Below the pieces are notes generated by a model, which did not search any database, was not told the origin of the DNA, and saw only the letters and a program-made list of their open reading frames with translations. Below are positions 7,551 to 17,538 of a stretch of DNA of 64,000 bases, piece after piece (the stretch's first letter is position 1; the number at the start of each line of letters is the position of its first letter). This stretch comes from an uncultured Candidatus Saccharibacteria bacterium. Lineage in GTDB: Bacteria > Patescibacteriota > Saccharimonadia > Saccharimonadales > Saccharimonadaceae. The stretch covers positions 301 to 64,300 of the forward strand of contig CAMVRN010000006.1 of NCBI GenBank assembly GCA_947169915.1. The letters are read 5' to 3'. The position numbers were made by a program, and so were the translations under genes.

Positions 7551-8783
7551 CTATCCCCAAAACTTGAGAGAATTGATTGGGTTTTTGTGAGCGGCTTTTA
7601 ACGCTGGGTAGAGGCCGAAGATGAGGCCGGTGACGAGAGATACGCCGAAAGTTATTGCAACGATTTTAACGGAGATATATGGATTGAATGGGGTAATGAG
7701 ACAAAGGAGGAAGGACAGGCCATAGCCTAAGATTAGGCCGAGGATGCCGCCGAAGATGGAAAGAATGAGAGATTCGAAGAGGAATTGAAGCATGATGTTT
7801 GATGTGGTTGCGCCAATTGCCTTGCGGATGCCAATTTCGTGAGTGCGCTCTGCGACTGCGACAAGCATGATGTTCATGATGCCGATACCGCCGACTACTA
7901 GTGATATTCCTGCAACGACGGTGAGGATGCCAGAAATAATGTTGAATAGGGAGCCTGCTGGATGGGTGATTTCATCGCCAGCGAGGACGGTGAAATTTGT
8001 ATCGCCTGCCTTAGACACTTCGAGAGATTCGCGGATTTGTTTGGAAGTTTCTTTGAGCGTGTCGGTGTTTTCTGTGCGGACATTGATTTGTTGGATTTGG
8101 AGGGAATTGTCGATACTATTTAGGACAGAGGCACAGACAAAGAAGGTGTTGTCGAGGTCGATGTTGTTGAAATTGATAGGGTCGTTTATTTCGTTGAGAA
8201 CGCCGATAATAATGAAGCGCTTACCGAGAAGGGTGATGGTTTTTCCTACTGGTTCGGCAGTGCCAAAGAGAGTCCCAGCGAGTTTTTGACCGATGACTGC
8301 GGTTGGAGTTTCGGCATCTTCACGGAGAAATGCGCCGTTTTTAAGGCTGAGGTTTTGAATCTTGAAGAACTCAGCGTTTGTGCCGACGATAGTGGCGGAC
8401 GGAACTTCGTTGCCGGTTTCGCCTTTGAGGGTGTTTACAGAGACAGCGAGAGGTGCGACTGCGTCGACGCCTTCAACTTCTTCGATTGTTTTAACGTCTT
8501 TTAGGGCAAGATTGGATTTTAAGTATTGGGTTGAGGTTGTGAGTTCGTTTACGATAGAATCGACAGTGGAGAGGGTAGAGGTTGGACGGACGACGATGAG
8601 GTTAGAGCCGATTTGCTCAACTTGTTTGGAAACAAGCGTGGAAATGCTCCCCATGAGAGAGAGAATTAAGATGATGGAGGCAACGCCGATGGAAATGCCG
8701 AGACAGGTAAGGAAGGAGCGCGTGCGATTGCGTTTTATGGAGGTCTTGGCTAGGTCGTAATGTGTTCGTAGTAGTAAGGCCAT
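7551..8783 (-). CDS. MacB/FtsX-family ABC permease
   Basis: RSFLTCLGISIGVAS, GGIGIMNIMLVAVAERTHEIGIRKAIGA and GLIFGLYPA motifs. Confidence 0.9.
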   Translation of the reverse strand: MALLLRTHYDLAKTSIKRNRTRSFLTCLGISIGVASIILILSLMGSISTLVSKQVEQIGSNLIVVRPTSTLSTVDSIVNELTTSTQYLKSNLALKDVKTIEEVEGVDAVAPLAVSVNTLKGETGNEVPSATIVGTNAEFFKIQNLSLKNGAFLREDAETPTAVIGQKLAGTLFGTAEPVGKTITLLGKRFIIIGVLNEINDPINFNNIDLDNTFFVCASVLNSIDNSLQIQQINVRTENTDTLKETSKQIRESLEVSKAGDTNFTVLAGDEITHPAGSLFNIISGILTVVAGISLVVGGIGIMNIMLVAVAERTHEIGIRKAIGATTSNIMLQFLFESLILSIFGGILGLILGYGLSFLLCLITPFNPYISVKIVAITFGVSLVTGLIFGLYPALKAAHKNPINSLKFWG

Positions 8784-9601
8784 TATTTCTTGCTCCTTTT
8801 CTTTGATTTTTTGGCGGACTTTTTGCGGCTCTTGAAGATTTTCTTCGGAGTTTTGCGTTCGACTGGGACTGGAAGGTCGCTATCTTTGACGGTTTTGATG
8901 TCTTTGTCGATAGAACCATCGAGCATGTAGATTACGCGGGTGGCGTAGTGAGTGAGGTTCGGGTTGTGGGTAACCATGATGATAGTGTTGCCTTCGGAGT
9001 GAATGCGTTGGAGTTCTTCCATGACTACTAGAGAGGAGCGAGAATCAAGGTTACCAGTTGGCTCATCGGCTAGGATGATTTCTGGATGCGCAACAATGGC
9101 ACGGGCGATAGCGGCGCGCTGTTGTTGGCCGCCAGAGAGCTGGAATGGAAGATAGTATTCTTTTTCCTTCATATTGAAACGTGCAAGTGCTTCGGAAGCC
9201 TTAATTAGACGGCGGGTTTTGTGGTAGCCGGAATAAACAAGAGGTAGAGCAACGTTTTCAATGATTGAAAGGTTCGGAATTAGGTTGAAATTTTGGAAAA
9301 TGAAGCCAATTTTCTTCGCACGGAGACGTGCTTGACGTCGAGCCGGGATGCGATTGACTGGTTCGTCGTTTAGGAAATAGGTACCAGCAGAGGCGGTATC
9401 TAAAAGACCAATGATGTTTAAAAGGGTGGTCTTACCGCAACCGGATGGGCCCATTATCATGATAAATTCGCCACGTTTGACTTCAAGGTCAAAATTTTTA
9501 AGGGCGTATGATGTGGCGTCACCATAGCCGAAACGTTTGGAAAGACCCTCAAGTTTAATGATGGTCTCATTTATGTTGGGTTTATTATCTTCCTCGCTCA
9601 T
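8783..9601 (-). CDS. ABC ATP-binding subunit (MacB/LolD-like)
   Basis: Walker A GPSGCGKT, signature LSGGQQQR, Walker [13 protein letters not shown]-loop VTH. Confidence 0.93.
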   Translation of the reverse strand: MSEEDNKPNINETIIKLEGLSKRFGYGDATSYALKNFDLEVKRGEFIMIMGPSGCGKTTLLNIIGLLDTASAGTYFLNDEPVNRIPARRQARLRAKKIGFIFQNFNLIPNLSIIENVALPLVYSGYHKTRRLIKASEALARFNMKEKEYYLPFQLSGGQQQRAAIARAIVAHPEIILADEPTGNLDSRSSLVVMEELQRIHSEGNTIIMVTHNPNLTHYATRVIYMLDGSIDKDIKTVKDSDLPVPVERKTPKKIFKSRKKSAKKSKKRSKK

Positions 9602-9652
9602 TAATAATTATTATAAACAAAAAAACGTGTTTTTAAAGAGGGATTTTGGGAT

Positions 9653-10438
9653 TTATTTGTCTGGATTTGAAAGACGAATGGTTGTTGAAATTGTGGTCGA
9701 TTCGGAAGAGCCTGGCGGATACCAGCAAGTGCGGATATGAAAGTCGTAATATTCGGGCTTTGATGACTCATCAGAGGCGATGCCTGTTACCCAGATGCCT
9801 TGGGCTTTGGTGAGATATTCATAGTAAATGTTGTTAAGGCTGGAATCACTGAGGTCATCGTCGATGTCGTGAAGGTCATTTTTGACAAGATACTGCGTAT
9901 AAAGGAGACGAGGGTAGACGGGAGTTGGCTCGAGGATGGTCTGCATGGTGTTGTAGGCAGTGAGGTAGTTATGAACCATCATCCCACGACCAGTTCCGTT
10001 GAGCGGACTTAGACCGAGATTGATGACATAATCGGTGATAGCTTCGGTTGTGAGGCGTCGATTGTTGACGACGAAGGCTTTGTCTGGGAATGCATCGCTT
10101 TCGTATATTTCGTCGCATGTATAACCGTTATATTTCTCAAAGAAGTCTTCGGGGACTTCGCTGGGTTTATAGGTGTTAGATTTTAAGGCGTTCCAGACAC
10201 GGGTATAAATACTCGTTAAGGTGTTCTTTTCGGAATTATAGGCTTCACGAATGAAACGAAGACCTTCAGCTTGAGCGTCAATTTCATTTCGCGCCATGGA
10301 AATCTCTAGAGCTTTCTGGGCGTCGTATAGGCCGCGGTTCATAATGCCGATAGCACCGATGGCGACAAGACCAAAAATTCCTACGGCGAACATAACTTCG
10401 ATTAAGGTGTCGCCATGCTTGGATTTTGGTAGTTTCAT
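9653..10438 (-). CDS. Type IV pilin-like protein (minor pilin) with a class III signal peptide
   Basis: MKLPKSKHG|DTLIEVMFAVGIFGLVAIGAI: basic leader, Gly at -1, Glu at +5, hydrophobic helix. Confidence 0.8.
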   Translation of the reverse strand: MKLPKSKHGDTLIEVMFAVGIFGLVAIGAIGIMNRGLYDAQKALEISMARNEIDAQAEGLRFIREAYNSEKNTLTSIYTRVWNALKSNTYKPSEVPEDFFEKYNGYTCDEIYESDAFPDKAFVVNNRRLTTEAITDYVINLGLSPLNGTGRGMMVHNYLTAYNTMQTILEPTPVYPRLLYTQYLVKNDLHDIDDDLSDSSLNNIYYEYLTKAQGIWVTGIASDESSKPEYYDFHIRTCWYPPGSSESTTISTTIRLSNPDK

Positions 10439-10517
10439 CCTTTTGATTATAGCATAAACGGGATGCGTTATGAATCCGGAAATTTACAGAGTGGAACATG
10501 TTATAATGTGGAAAGTT

Positions 10518-11753
10518 ATGAGAGATTATGACCTGCCAGAAATTGAAAAATGGTTTGATGGATTTCAGAGTTTCGGCGAGAAGCGGTGTCCGCGGGAGAA
10601 AAAACTTGAGGTGATGCGTGTTCTCATGGATTATTTTGAGCATCCCGAGAGGGCTTGCCCGTGCTTTCATGTAGGTGGTTCAAAAGGTAAGGGAACGATT
10701 TCGATGGGGGTTGCGAAGATTTTGACGGAAGCGGGAAAAAAAATTGGAGTGTATATGTCGCCGCACGTCGTGCATTTTACAGAGAGGATTCGACTGGGCG
10801 ATGGTGCGTTTGAGCCGGAAGTTTATGAACGTGCGTTTGAGGTTCTTAAAGACGGAATAGAGGAAATTTTGAACAAAAAAATACTACAGAGGGAGCAACT
10901 TACGTGGTTCATGCTCGTGACGACTTTTGCGATGCTTGTTTTTAGGGAAGCGAAGGTCGATTTTGCTGTTTATGAGGTTGGGATTGGTGGAAGGCTTGAT
11001 GTTACGAATGTGGTTTTGCCGATTGCGATTGGAATGGGCGAGATTGAGCTAGAACATACGAGAATTCTTGGCGAAACAGTGCGAGAAATTGCGCGCGAGA
11101 AGGCGGGAATTTTTAAAGAAAAGGTGCCGATTTTCTCTGTTCTGCAGGTGAATGAAGCGCGTAGCGAATTTGCGATAAAAGCGAGGGAAATGCATGCGAG
11201 AATAGGGTATATTGATGGGGAGGGAAAAAATTATCTTCAGGTGGATGAGGAAGTTGCTAAGAATATGGCCTTAGTTGCGATACCGAATTTGGAGAAAGAG
11301 GTTATTCAAAGAGGATTAGCGAAACTCGTACTTCCTGGGCGTTATGAAAAAATAGAGGACGTTGTGGGAGTTTCTTATGTGTTGATGGATGGGGCGCATA
11401 CGACGAAGAGTATTGAAGAAGTGATTCAGAAAATGAATGAGGACGGAGTACGGGGGGTGTTGATTTTTGGATGTTCTAAGGGAAAAAGAGTTGAAGAAAT
11501 TGCGAAGAAAATTGTTAGGTCTGGGATTTTTTCGAGGATATTTTTGACGAAACCGGGGGAGGTTAGAAATACGGAGATAGAGAGGGTGGAACGAGCATTT
11601 GAGGAGGTGGGGTTGCGCGTTGAGGGAGATGCGAACTATAAAAAGGTTATACAAAATGCTTTTGAGTTTGCAGGAAAAGAAGGAGAACCAGTGATTGTTC
11701 TCGGTTCGTTTTATCTTGTCGGTGAAGTGAAAAAAATTATTGAGCGCTTTTAA
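10518..11753 (+). CDS. folC: Folylpolyglutamate synthase/dihydrofolate synthase (Mur-ligase fold)
   Basis: HVGGSKGKGT, YMSPH..FTERI, EVGIGGRLDVTNV, PGRYE, DGAHT and GSFYLVG motifs. Start uncertain (10470 in the track; 10518 follows TGtTATAAT). Confidence 0.85.
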   Translation: MRDYDLPEIEKWFDGFQSFGEKRCPREKKLEVMRVLMDYFEHPERACPCFHVGGSKGKGTISMGVAKILTEAGKKIGVYMSPHVVHFTERIRLGDGAFEPEVYERAFEVLKDGIEEILNKKILQREQLTWFMLVTTFAMLVFREAKVDFAVYEVGIGGRLDVTNVVLPIAIGMGEIELEHTRILGETVREIAREKAGIFKEKVPIFSVLQVNEARSEFAIKAREMHARIGYIDGEGKNYLQVDEEVAKNMALVAIPNLEKEVIQRGLAKLVLPGRYEKIEDVVGVSYVLMDGAHTTKSIEEVIQKMNEDGVRGVLIFGCSKGKRVEEIAKKIVRSGIFSRIFLTKPGEVRNTEIERVERAFEEVGLRVEGDANYKKVIQNAFEFAGKEGEPVIVLGSFYLVGEVKKIIERF

Positions 11754-11787
11754 AATAGGGAAAGATATGTTATACTTAGAGGTATGC

Positions 11788-11877
11788 GGAAGTGTGTCCG
11801 AGTGGTTTAAGGAGCACGCTTGGAAAGCGTGTGTACGGGCAACCGTACCGGAGGTTCGAATCCTCTCGCTTCCGCCA
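11788..11877 (+). tRNA. tRNA-Ser(GGA)
   Basis: Acceptor stem GGAAGTG/CGCTTCC, discriminator G plus encoded CCA, anticodon arm CACGC-TTGGAAA-GCGTG, long variable arm, T-loop GTTCGAATC; TGtTATACT promoter upstream. Confidence 0.97.
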
Positions 11878-11892
11878 TAATGTGTTTCTCTG

Positions 11893-11917
11893 AAATCGCC
11901 TACCTTGGCGATTTTTT
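11893..11917 (+). terminator. tRNA terminator
   Basis: AAATCGCC-tacctt-GGCGATTT followed by Ts. Confidence 0.8.
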
Positions 11918-11942
11918 GTACTGTTGGTAGAATAGAAAGGAA

Positions 11943-12158
11943 ATGAGTAATTTTGCGATTTTAATGTTTATCTTTGGGGGATGCGTGTTTTTGATGGGTC
12001 TATATATGTTTACCGGGCACGGGATTGGAGTGTTGACGGGAAGACCGGCGTTTAAGGGATTAAAGAAAGACGAGTGGAGAAATATTGGTAAGTGGACGAT
12101 GGCGGCGAGTGGGCTTATTCTTATCTTGGCTATAGTGGGGCTAATTTTGGATTTTTAA
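11943..12158 (+). CDS. Small membrane protein with two TM segments (possibly DUF3784-like)
   Basis: 71 aa; SD GAAAGGA; two hydrophobic segments joined by a basic loop. Confidence 0.7.
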   Translation: MSNFAILMFIFGGCVFLMGLYMFTGHGIGVLTGRPAFKGLKKDEWRNIGKWTMAASGLILILAIVGLILDF

Positions 12159-12254
12159 GCATTTTATGATATAATATACATGGAGAGTTGGGGGATTTTT
12201 TCTTGGCTCTCACGTTTCTTTTGAACGCACATTAAAAATTTGATAGGAGGGATT

Positions 12255-15200
12255 ATGATGTCTCGTAAAAGTGTGCGCAGGTTTTTTTCCTTATTCTTAG
12301 TACTGGCTATGGTACTGACGATGTTGCCGGTGACTTCTTTGGTTGCACTGGCGACGGAAGGTGATGACACTGTAGGCGGAGACAACTTCGGGCAGAATGA
12401 CACGCTTGATACACTTGGCGGTGAAAATACCAACTTGGGCGAGGGCGATGGAAATGACGAAGAAAATCCGACTGAAGACAATCTGCAATCTGACGATGAA
12501 TCTCAGGAACCTGTAGCTAGAAGGGGTAATGGACTTTTAGGAGACCCTGCGCCTTCTCAAACCTTCGAGGTATCCTTGGTGGTTAAGGTTTATGTTGAAG
12601 GAACTGGAGTTATTGAATCGTATAAGAACGCAATACTTGAAAAAGACTATGACTTGATGGATTACGATGTTCCTAAGAGTTTCACTGACACTTCGGAAGG
12701 CAAGCTTTACACGCTTACTGGATGGGTTCCGGCAACAGTGACTGAGGGTGGAATTTACAGAGCACAGTATTCTGTTTCTAGCGTTACGGTTCCGACAGTA
12801 ACGGCCACTTTTAAGAACTACGACGGGCAGGTATTGTATACTGCCAATGTTGATTCCGGAACGGTGCCGACTTATGCTGGACCTCCAACTGTCAGGCCTA
12901 ATGAAGATACCGCCACGTTTGAGTTTATCGGATGGAGTCCTGCGCTTAGTGAGATCACAACTGATACTGTTTTTACTGCGCAGTACAGAGAAACTCCGAG
13001 ACAGTACACTGTTGCTTGGAAGTATCTTGTGCTTGCTGACGGTGAAGTTTCGACTACGACAACTACGAAGGACTATACGTATGGAAGTAATCTTGAAGTT
13101 TTCGAAGTTCCGAGTCCTTTGTCGACTGCAAACAAAACTTACACCTTTGACAGTTGGAACCCTGAGTTAAGTACTACCGTAACTGATAATGCAACTTATG
13201 AGGCTCAGTATGAAGTTACTTCGGAAGAGCACCAGATTTTATGGTCTTGGAAGGAGCTTGACGATGGCGGAGAAGTTGTCGATGCCAGCAAGGTACAGAA
13301 CTTGGCTTATGGGGCACCTTTGACTGCTCCTGAAGTTACCAGCATGCTTCAAACAAAAACTCAAGTTTGGACATTTACTGGTTGGAATCCTGCTTTGCCT
13401 GAATCTGTATCTGGCGATGCGAACTATAGCGCTCAATATGACATTTCCGAAAGGAAATATTCCGTTATCGTTCATCATAAGTATGCCGATGGCAGTGAAT
13501 ATGCTCCGGACGAGAAATGGATAAATGAGTTCGTATATGACCAGGAATACACTGTAGTTCCGTTTAGCGACCCAAATTACACGGTTATTACCCAGGGCGT
13601 GGCGGATGGAAAGATTTCTGGGGATGTCGAAGTAACATTCGTTTATACCACGAAAGCCTTTAAGATTACTTGGGTTACTACAGAGCAGAAGACCGACACG
13701 GAAATTGAAACTGTGACGACTTCAAAAGAGTATGGTTATGGCGCAAGTCTGAACGGAGAATTCCCGGCAGTTGCAGAAACGCTTTATACTAAGGACTCCA
13801 TCTATTCCTTTGTGAAATGGAACCCGGAAGTAAGTACTACTGTAACTGGTGATGCGACTTATACGGCGGTATATGAAAAAACTGGTCCGAGAAAGTATGA
13901 CATTACTTGGGAATGGTTGGTACCCGATGGCGAAGGTTCTGCTAACGATAATTATAAGAGAATTAGCTTGGAATATGGCGATTCTGTGTCGGAGTACGCA
14001 CCTGAACCTAGTAATTTCACTATTCAAGATACGGCTTATACCTTCACAGGTTGGTCTCCGGAAATGCACGACGTGACTGGTGGCCAGATTTATGTGGCGC
14101 AGTATGATACCTCTTCGGATGAGCCTGAGCCTACTCAGGATTTCTACACGATTATGTGGACGATTACGGTCCAAAAATCTGATACTGAGCTTGAGAGCAG
14201 AACCATCCAGAAGAGATTGGCTTACGGCGCAAGCCTGGAGGGAATGTACCCTGAAGTGGCACAGGTGTTGGTCACGAAGGATTCTGTTTACACCTTTGTT
14301 GGTTGGGACCCTGGAGTTGATAACACCGTCACTGGTGATAAGGCGTATGTAGCGACCTATCAATATGCTGGAATTCGGAATTATCAGATTACATGGGAGG
14401 ATGATAGCGGCAATGTCATAGATACCACGTGGGTGCCTTATGGTACTACTCCGACTCGAGCCAATCCGACTAAACGTGCAACTGCTAAATATACCTATAA
14501 ATTTGCTGGTTGGACGCCTAAGTTGGTTCCAGTTACAGGAAATGCGGTATATACGGCGAAATTTACTGCTACGGCGATTTCGGAAGAACCACAAACTCCC
14601 GTTCGGCGGACGAATGAAACTCCGCAAACGACCGTTGTGGCTGGTGACTCTAGCTATGAGGAACTCTCCATGAAGATGGATCGTAAGTTTAGAGTTTATT
14701 TCGAAGAGCTTGCCGATTCTGATAGTGGGGGCGCGCTTATTGTTGAGTCTGATTGCGTACTAGGAGTTGCATATTATGATATTTATGCATACAAACTAGA
14801 CGAGAAAGACCCGATTGAGCCGACGAGAGTAGAAAACTGCGACGAAATTGCGGTACGTTTTACTGAACTTCTTGGAGAGGACATCGACTATGGTGGATGC
14901 TATTGTGCGTTCATTGTAGGTAGGAATTTGCGAGGAGAGGAAATCGGAAGAACCGTGATTGCTTTCGTGGCGGGACCTGATTCCGAGTTTACAAATCCTG
15001 CAAGAATTCCTGATGACCCGCTTGGAAAGAGAATCACTCTAAGTGAGGATAACACTGTCCAGCTGCATATTAACTTGACTGTGGAGGATGGCGATAAGCC
15101 ACTGATTCCGGACGAATACGTACCGGTACTCCGTTTTGGTTCGAGTAATAGCAATGTTGCGATGGTGACTGGCGATGGCGAGATAACTGCCTTCAGAAAG

Positions 15201-15272
15201 GGAACTTGCATCATCCAGGTATTCGCAAAGAACGGACTTATCCTCAATGAAATTTGGGTTGTCGTAAGATAA
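12255..15272 (+). CDS. Large secreted/surface repeat protein: ~8 InlB B-repeat (Flg_new)-like units, one MucBP-like unit and a C-terminal Big_2 Ig-like domain
   Basis: Signal peptide MMSRKSVRRFFSLFLVLAMVLTMLP; recurring ~70-80-aa units 'Y.I.W...YG...P....YtF.GW.P...VTgda.Y.A.Y'; C-terminal FGSSNSNVAMVTGDGEITAFRKGTCIIQV. Confidence 0.8.
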   Translation: MMSRKSVRRFFSLFLVLAMVLTMLPVTSLVALATEGDDTVGGDNFGQNDTLDTLGGENTNLGEGDGNDEENPTEDNLQSDDESQEPVARRGNGLLGDPAPSQTFEVSLVVKVYVEGTGVIESYKNAILEKDYDLMDYDVPKSFTDTSEGKLYTLTGWVPATVTEGGIYRAQYSVSSVTVPTVTATFKNYDGQVLYTANVDSGTVPTYAGPPTVRPNEDTATFEFIGWSPALSEITTDTVFTAQYRETPRQYTVAWKYLVLADGEVSTTTTTKDYTYGSNLEVFEVPSPLSTANKTYTFDSWNPELSTTVTDNATYEAQYEVTSEEHQILWSWKELDDGGEVVDASKVQNLAYGAPLTAPEVTSMLQTKTQVWTFTGWNPALPESVSGDANYSAQYDISERKYSVIVHHKYADGSEYAPDEKWINEFVYDQEYTVVPFSDPNYTVITQGVADGKISGDVEVTFVYTTKAFKITWVTTEQKTDTEIETVTTSKEYGYGASLNGEFPAVAETLYTKDSIYSFVKWNPEVSTTVTGDATYTAVYEKTGPRKYDITWEWLVPDGEGSANDNYKRISLEYGDSVSEYAPEPSNFTIQDTAYTFTGWSPEMHDVTGGQIYVAQYDTSSDEPEPTQDFYTIMWTITVQKSDTELESRTIQKRLAYGASLEGMYPEVAQVLVTKDSVYTFVGWDPGVDNTVTGDKAYVATYQYAGIRNYQITWEDDSGNVIDTTWVPYGTTPTRANPTKRATAKYTYKFAGWTPKLVPVTGNAVYTAKFTATAISEEPQTPVRRTNETPQTTVVAGDSSYEELSMKMDRKFRVYFEELADSDSGGALIVESDCVLGVAYYDIYAYKLDEKDPIEPTRVENCDEIAVRFTELLGEDIDYGGCYCAFIVGRNLRGEEIGRTVIAFVAGPDSEFTNPARIPDDPLGKRITLSEDNTVQLHINLTVEDGDKPLIPDEYVPVLRFGSSNSNVAMVTGDGEITAFRKGTCIIQVFAKNGLILNEIWVVVR

Positions 15273-15297
15273 CCCGGACCTATCAAATTCCCTAATT

Positions 15298-15325
15298 GGC
15301 CTTGCCACTCGGCGAGGCCTTTTTT
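15298..15325 (+). terminator. Intrinsic terminator
   Basis: GGCCTTGCC-actc-GGCGAGGCC-TTTTTT. Confidence 0.85.
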
Positions 15326-15384
15326 ATGAAAGTGCGAATGATATATATGGTATAATAAGCTTAATTATTAAGGAGTGTTATTTG

Positions 15385-16092
15385 ATGGAAAATAAAGCGG
15401 AGGAAACTCAGCAGGAAAAGAAGCCTGTTTCTGAAGGAAGGAATTATGCTGATATAATGGCGAATCCTCAACAGATTTCGAGTCACGAGCCGGAGCGAGA
15501 GAATAATAAGAATTCATTGATTATTTGCGGACTTTTGGTTTTTTTGGTACTTGTTGGCATAATTTCCTATTTTGCTCTGAGAAGCTCAAATGGCAACAGT
15601 CAGGTAAACGAGCAAGAGCAGAGCAAACAATATACGACTGCAGATAAATGGCTTGAGGAAGATAACGCTACACACGTGAGTTACAGGGAAGGGTTCTTGA
15701 ATATCAGAAGTTGGAAAGTTAAAATTGGACTTCCAGAGAATTTAACGCTTCTTAACGCGGATGTAGTAGATAGCGATGCGGATGTTGAAACTTTTTATGT
15801 AAGAGTAGTTAATAAGAGTTTAGTAGATAAATTGAGCAAGCTATCAGGCGAGGCGATTGGCTCAATTCCCGGAAATTATATTGCGCGAGCAAAGAGAGCA
15901 TCGCTTGACCCATTTGGAACCGGAGATGAGGTTTTGCCAATTTATAAAAATGGCGAGTACAATTACTTTACTTATGAGCCTACTGGATTTTTTATTTCTG
16001 AGTCTCTTTCGGAATATGCCGATGAGATTTCAAATAACTTTAGATCAGCGTCGAGTACTTTCGGGAATTCGGAAGCGTATTTAGATTTCTAG
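15385..16092 (+). CDS. Hypothetical single-pass membrane protein
   Basis: 235-236 aa; SD AAGGAG; one TM segment (LIICGLLVFLVLVGIISYFAL) followed by a polar domain. Confidence 0.75.
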   Translation: MENKAEETQQEKKPVSEGRNYADIMANPQQISSHEPERENNKNSLIICGLLVFLVLVGIISYFALRSSNGNSQVNEQEQSKQYTTADKWLEEDNATHVSYREGFLNIRSWKVKIGLPENLTLLNADVVDSDADVETFYVRVVNKSLVDKLSKLSGEAIGSIPGNYIARAKRASLDPFGTGDEVLPIYKNGEYNYFTYEPTGFFISESLSEYADEISNNFRSASSTFGNSEAYLDF

Positions 16093-16093
16093 C

Positions 16094-16121
16094 AAAAACC
16101 GCCTGTTTTAGGCGGTTTTTT
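16094..16121. terminator. Bidirectional terminator
   Basis: AAAAACCGCCT-gtttt-AGGCGGTTTTT perfect 11-bp inverted repeat. Confidence 0.88.
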
Positions 16122-16131
16122 GATAGTTGGA

Positions 16132-16896
16132 TTAGAGCAACTCTTTGATGGTTTTTCCTAAAGCACGCTTTTCTGCGTCGTCTGCGAGTTTGGAGAACTT
16201 CTCGCGGTTCGTATCGGAGAAGCCAGCAGCCATTGGAAGCATTGCTCCGACTGGAGCGCCCAGGATGGTTGACGCAACGGATGTGGCAACTTTTGTGGCG
16301 GTAGTACCTTCCGAACCGAATATTTCACTTAGATGATTAAAGATACGAATGTCGTAAGATGGAGAATCAACATTCTTTTCGAGGGGGAGTCTGAGGACAA
16401 CTGGGTATGGATAGATGCGCTCAAGTCCGTCTTTGTAATGCATGGTGATTTGTAGACCAACTTCGGCATAGCGACGAAGGTTTTCTTCGCTTCCGCTATT
16501 TAATTCCTCGTATTGGCCGAAGGTTTCGATTTGGTCATAGCGCCACAATTCTTTCTTGTCGGATTTTTTTGTCGTGGAGTTAATGATTTCAAACATGCCA
16601 AGTTCGTCGGCAAAGAGAATTGTATTGGCGCCGATTAGTCCGAAGCTCTTTTTTTGACTCTTGTTTAGTGAGGCGTATTCTTTTTCGTATAGTTCGTTCA
16701 TCTTTTCCATATAGGCAAGATGAAGTTTGGTGGACTCTAAATCGTATTGTTTGGGTTGGAAATATCCGCTTGTATTTTTGCGGCACTTGTTACAGATATA
16801 ATTTCCGTCTTTTAGTTTTGAGCGCGAAAGAGCGCCAACTTCGGTGCCGCAGATTGCACATGTTTGTTTTGAGAATAGATTTCCGAATAGTCCCAT
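16132..16896 (-). CDS. DUF4428-like protein with an N-terminal zinc ribbon
   Basis: Start reassigned to MGLFGNLFSKQTCAICG...KLKDGNYICNKC (two CxxC motifs). Confidence 0.7.
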   Translation of the reverse strand: MGLFGNLFSKQTCAICGTEVGALSRSKLKDGNYICNKCRKNTSGYFQPKQYDLESTKLHLAYMEKMNELYEKEYASLNKSQKKSFGLIGANTILFADELGMFEIINSTTKKSDKKELWRYDQIETFGQYEELNSGSEENLRRYAEVGLQITMHYKDGLERIYPYPVVLRLPLEKNVDSPSYDIRIFNHLSEIFGSEGTTATKVATSVASTILGAPVGAMLPMAAGFSDTNREKFSKLADDAEKRALGKTIKELL

Positions 16897-17058
16897 TTGA
16901 ATTCTTTCTCTTTTTAGTAATATTGATTTTATTATATACGAATGACCCCCTTGTTGTCGAATTATATTTGAATTAACAGGGAAGAAATGGTACAATAGCA
17001 GATAGCTTTTTCAAGTGTACTTTTCTAAAATGGTTCGACGACTAAAGGGGGAAGAACT

Positions 17059-17421
17059 ATGGATACGGACAATGTGGTTTATTGTCGTTGGGATTTGGTT
17101 CGATTCGTAACTGAGGACAAGTTGATAAAAAACAAGGCGTTTAGGACTTTGTCTGTTACCGCAAGTGATGTTCTTGAGCTTAGGATGTATCTAGGAAAGA
17201 CGGACGATGGAAAATTTTATGAGGTAAGAATCTACAAGACGAAACCAGAGCAGGTATATGTTCACGACAAAGGAGATATGATACTGTTCTATACCGAAAA
17301 TGATGAATATGCGACGTTCCAGTTTGAAAATTTCGATGATGCGCTGTTGTTTCTGGATACGATTTCGATACGACATCCGGAATATCGGATAAGGCCCATG
17401 CGGAAATTGCCGAGAGAATAA
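17059..17421 (+). CDS. Hypothetical protein (120 aa)
   Basis: SD AAAGGGGG; TGgTACAAT promoter upstream. Confidence 0.7.
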   Translation: MDTDNVVYCRWDLVRFVTEDKLIKNKAFRTLSVTASDVLELRMYLGKTDDGKFYEVRIYKTKPEQVYVHDKGDMILFYTENDEYATFQFENFDDALLFLDTISIRHPEYRIRPMRKLPRE

Positions 17422-17427
17422 GATGGG

Positions 17428-17532
17428 GTGATAAAAGTATCAACGGAAATCGCAATGGTCCTTTCGGTCCTCTTAATAATCCTTGTCTGCATAACCGTTG
17501 TTTGTTTTATGTTTAAAAAAAATAATCGTTGA
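17428..17532 (+). CDS. Putative 34-aa single-TM micro-protein (25 aa if the ATG at 17455 is used)
   Basis: My translation: VIKVSTEIAMVLSVLLIILVCITVVCFMFKKNNR; below the ORF-track cutoff; fills the gap before a terminator. Confidence 0.45.
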   Translation: MIKVSTEIAMVLSVLLIILVCITVVCFMFKKNNR

Positions 17533-17538
17533 ATCTGT

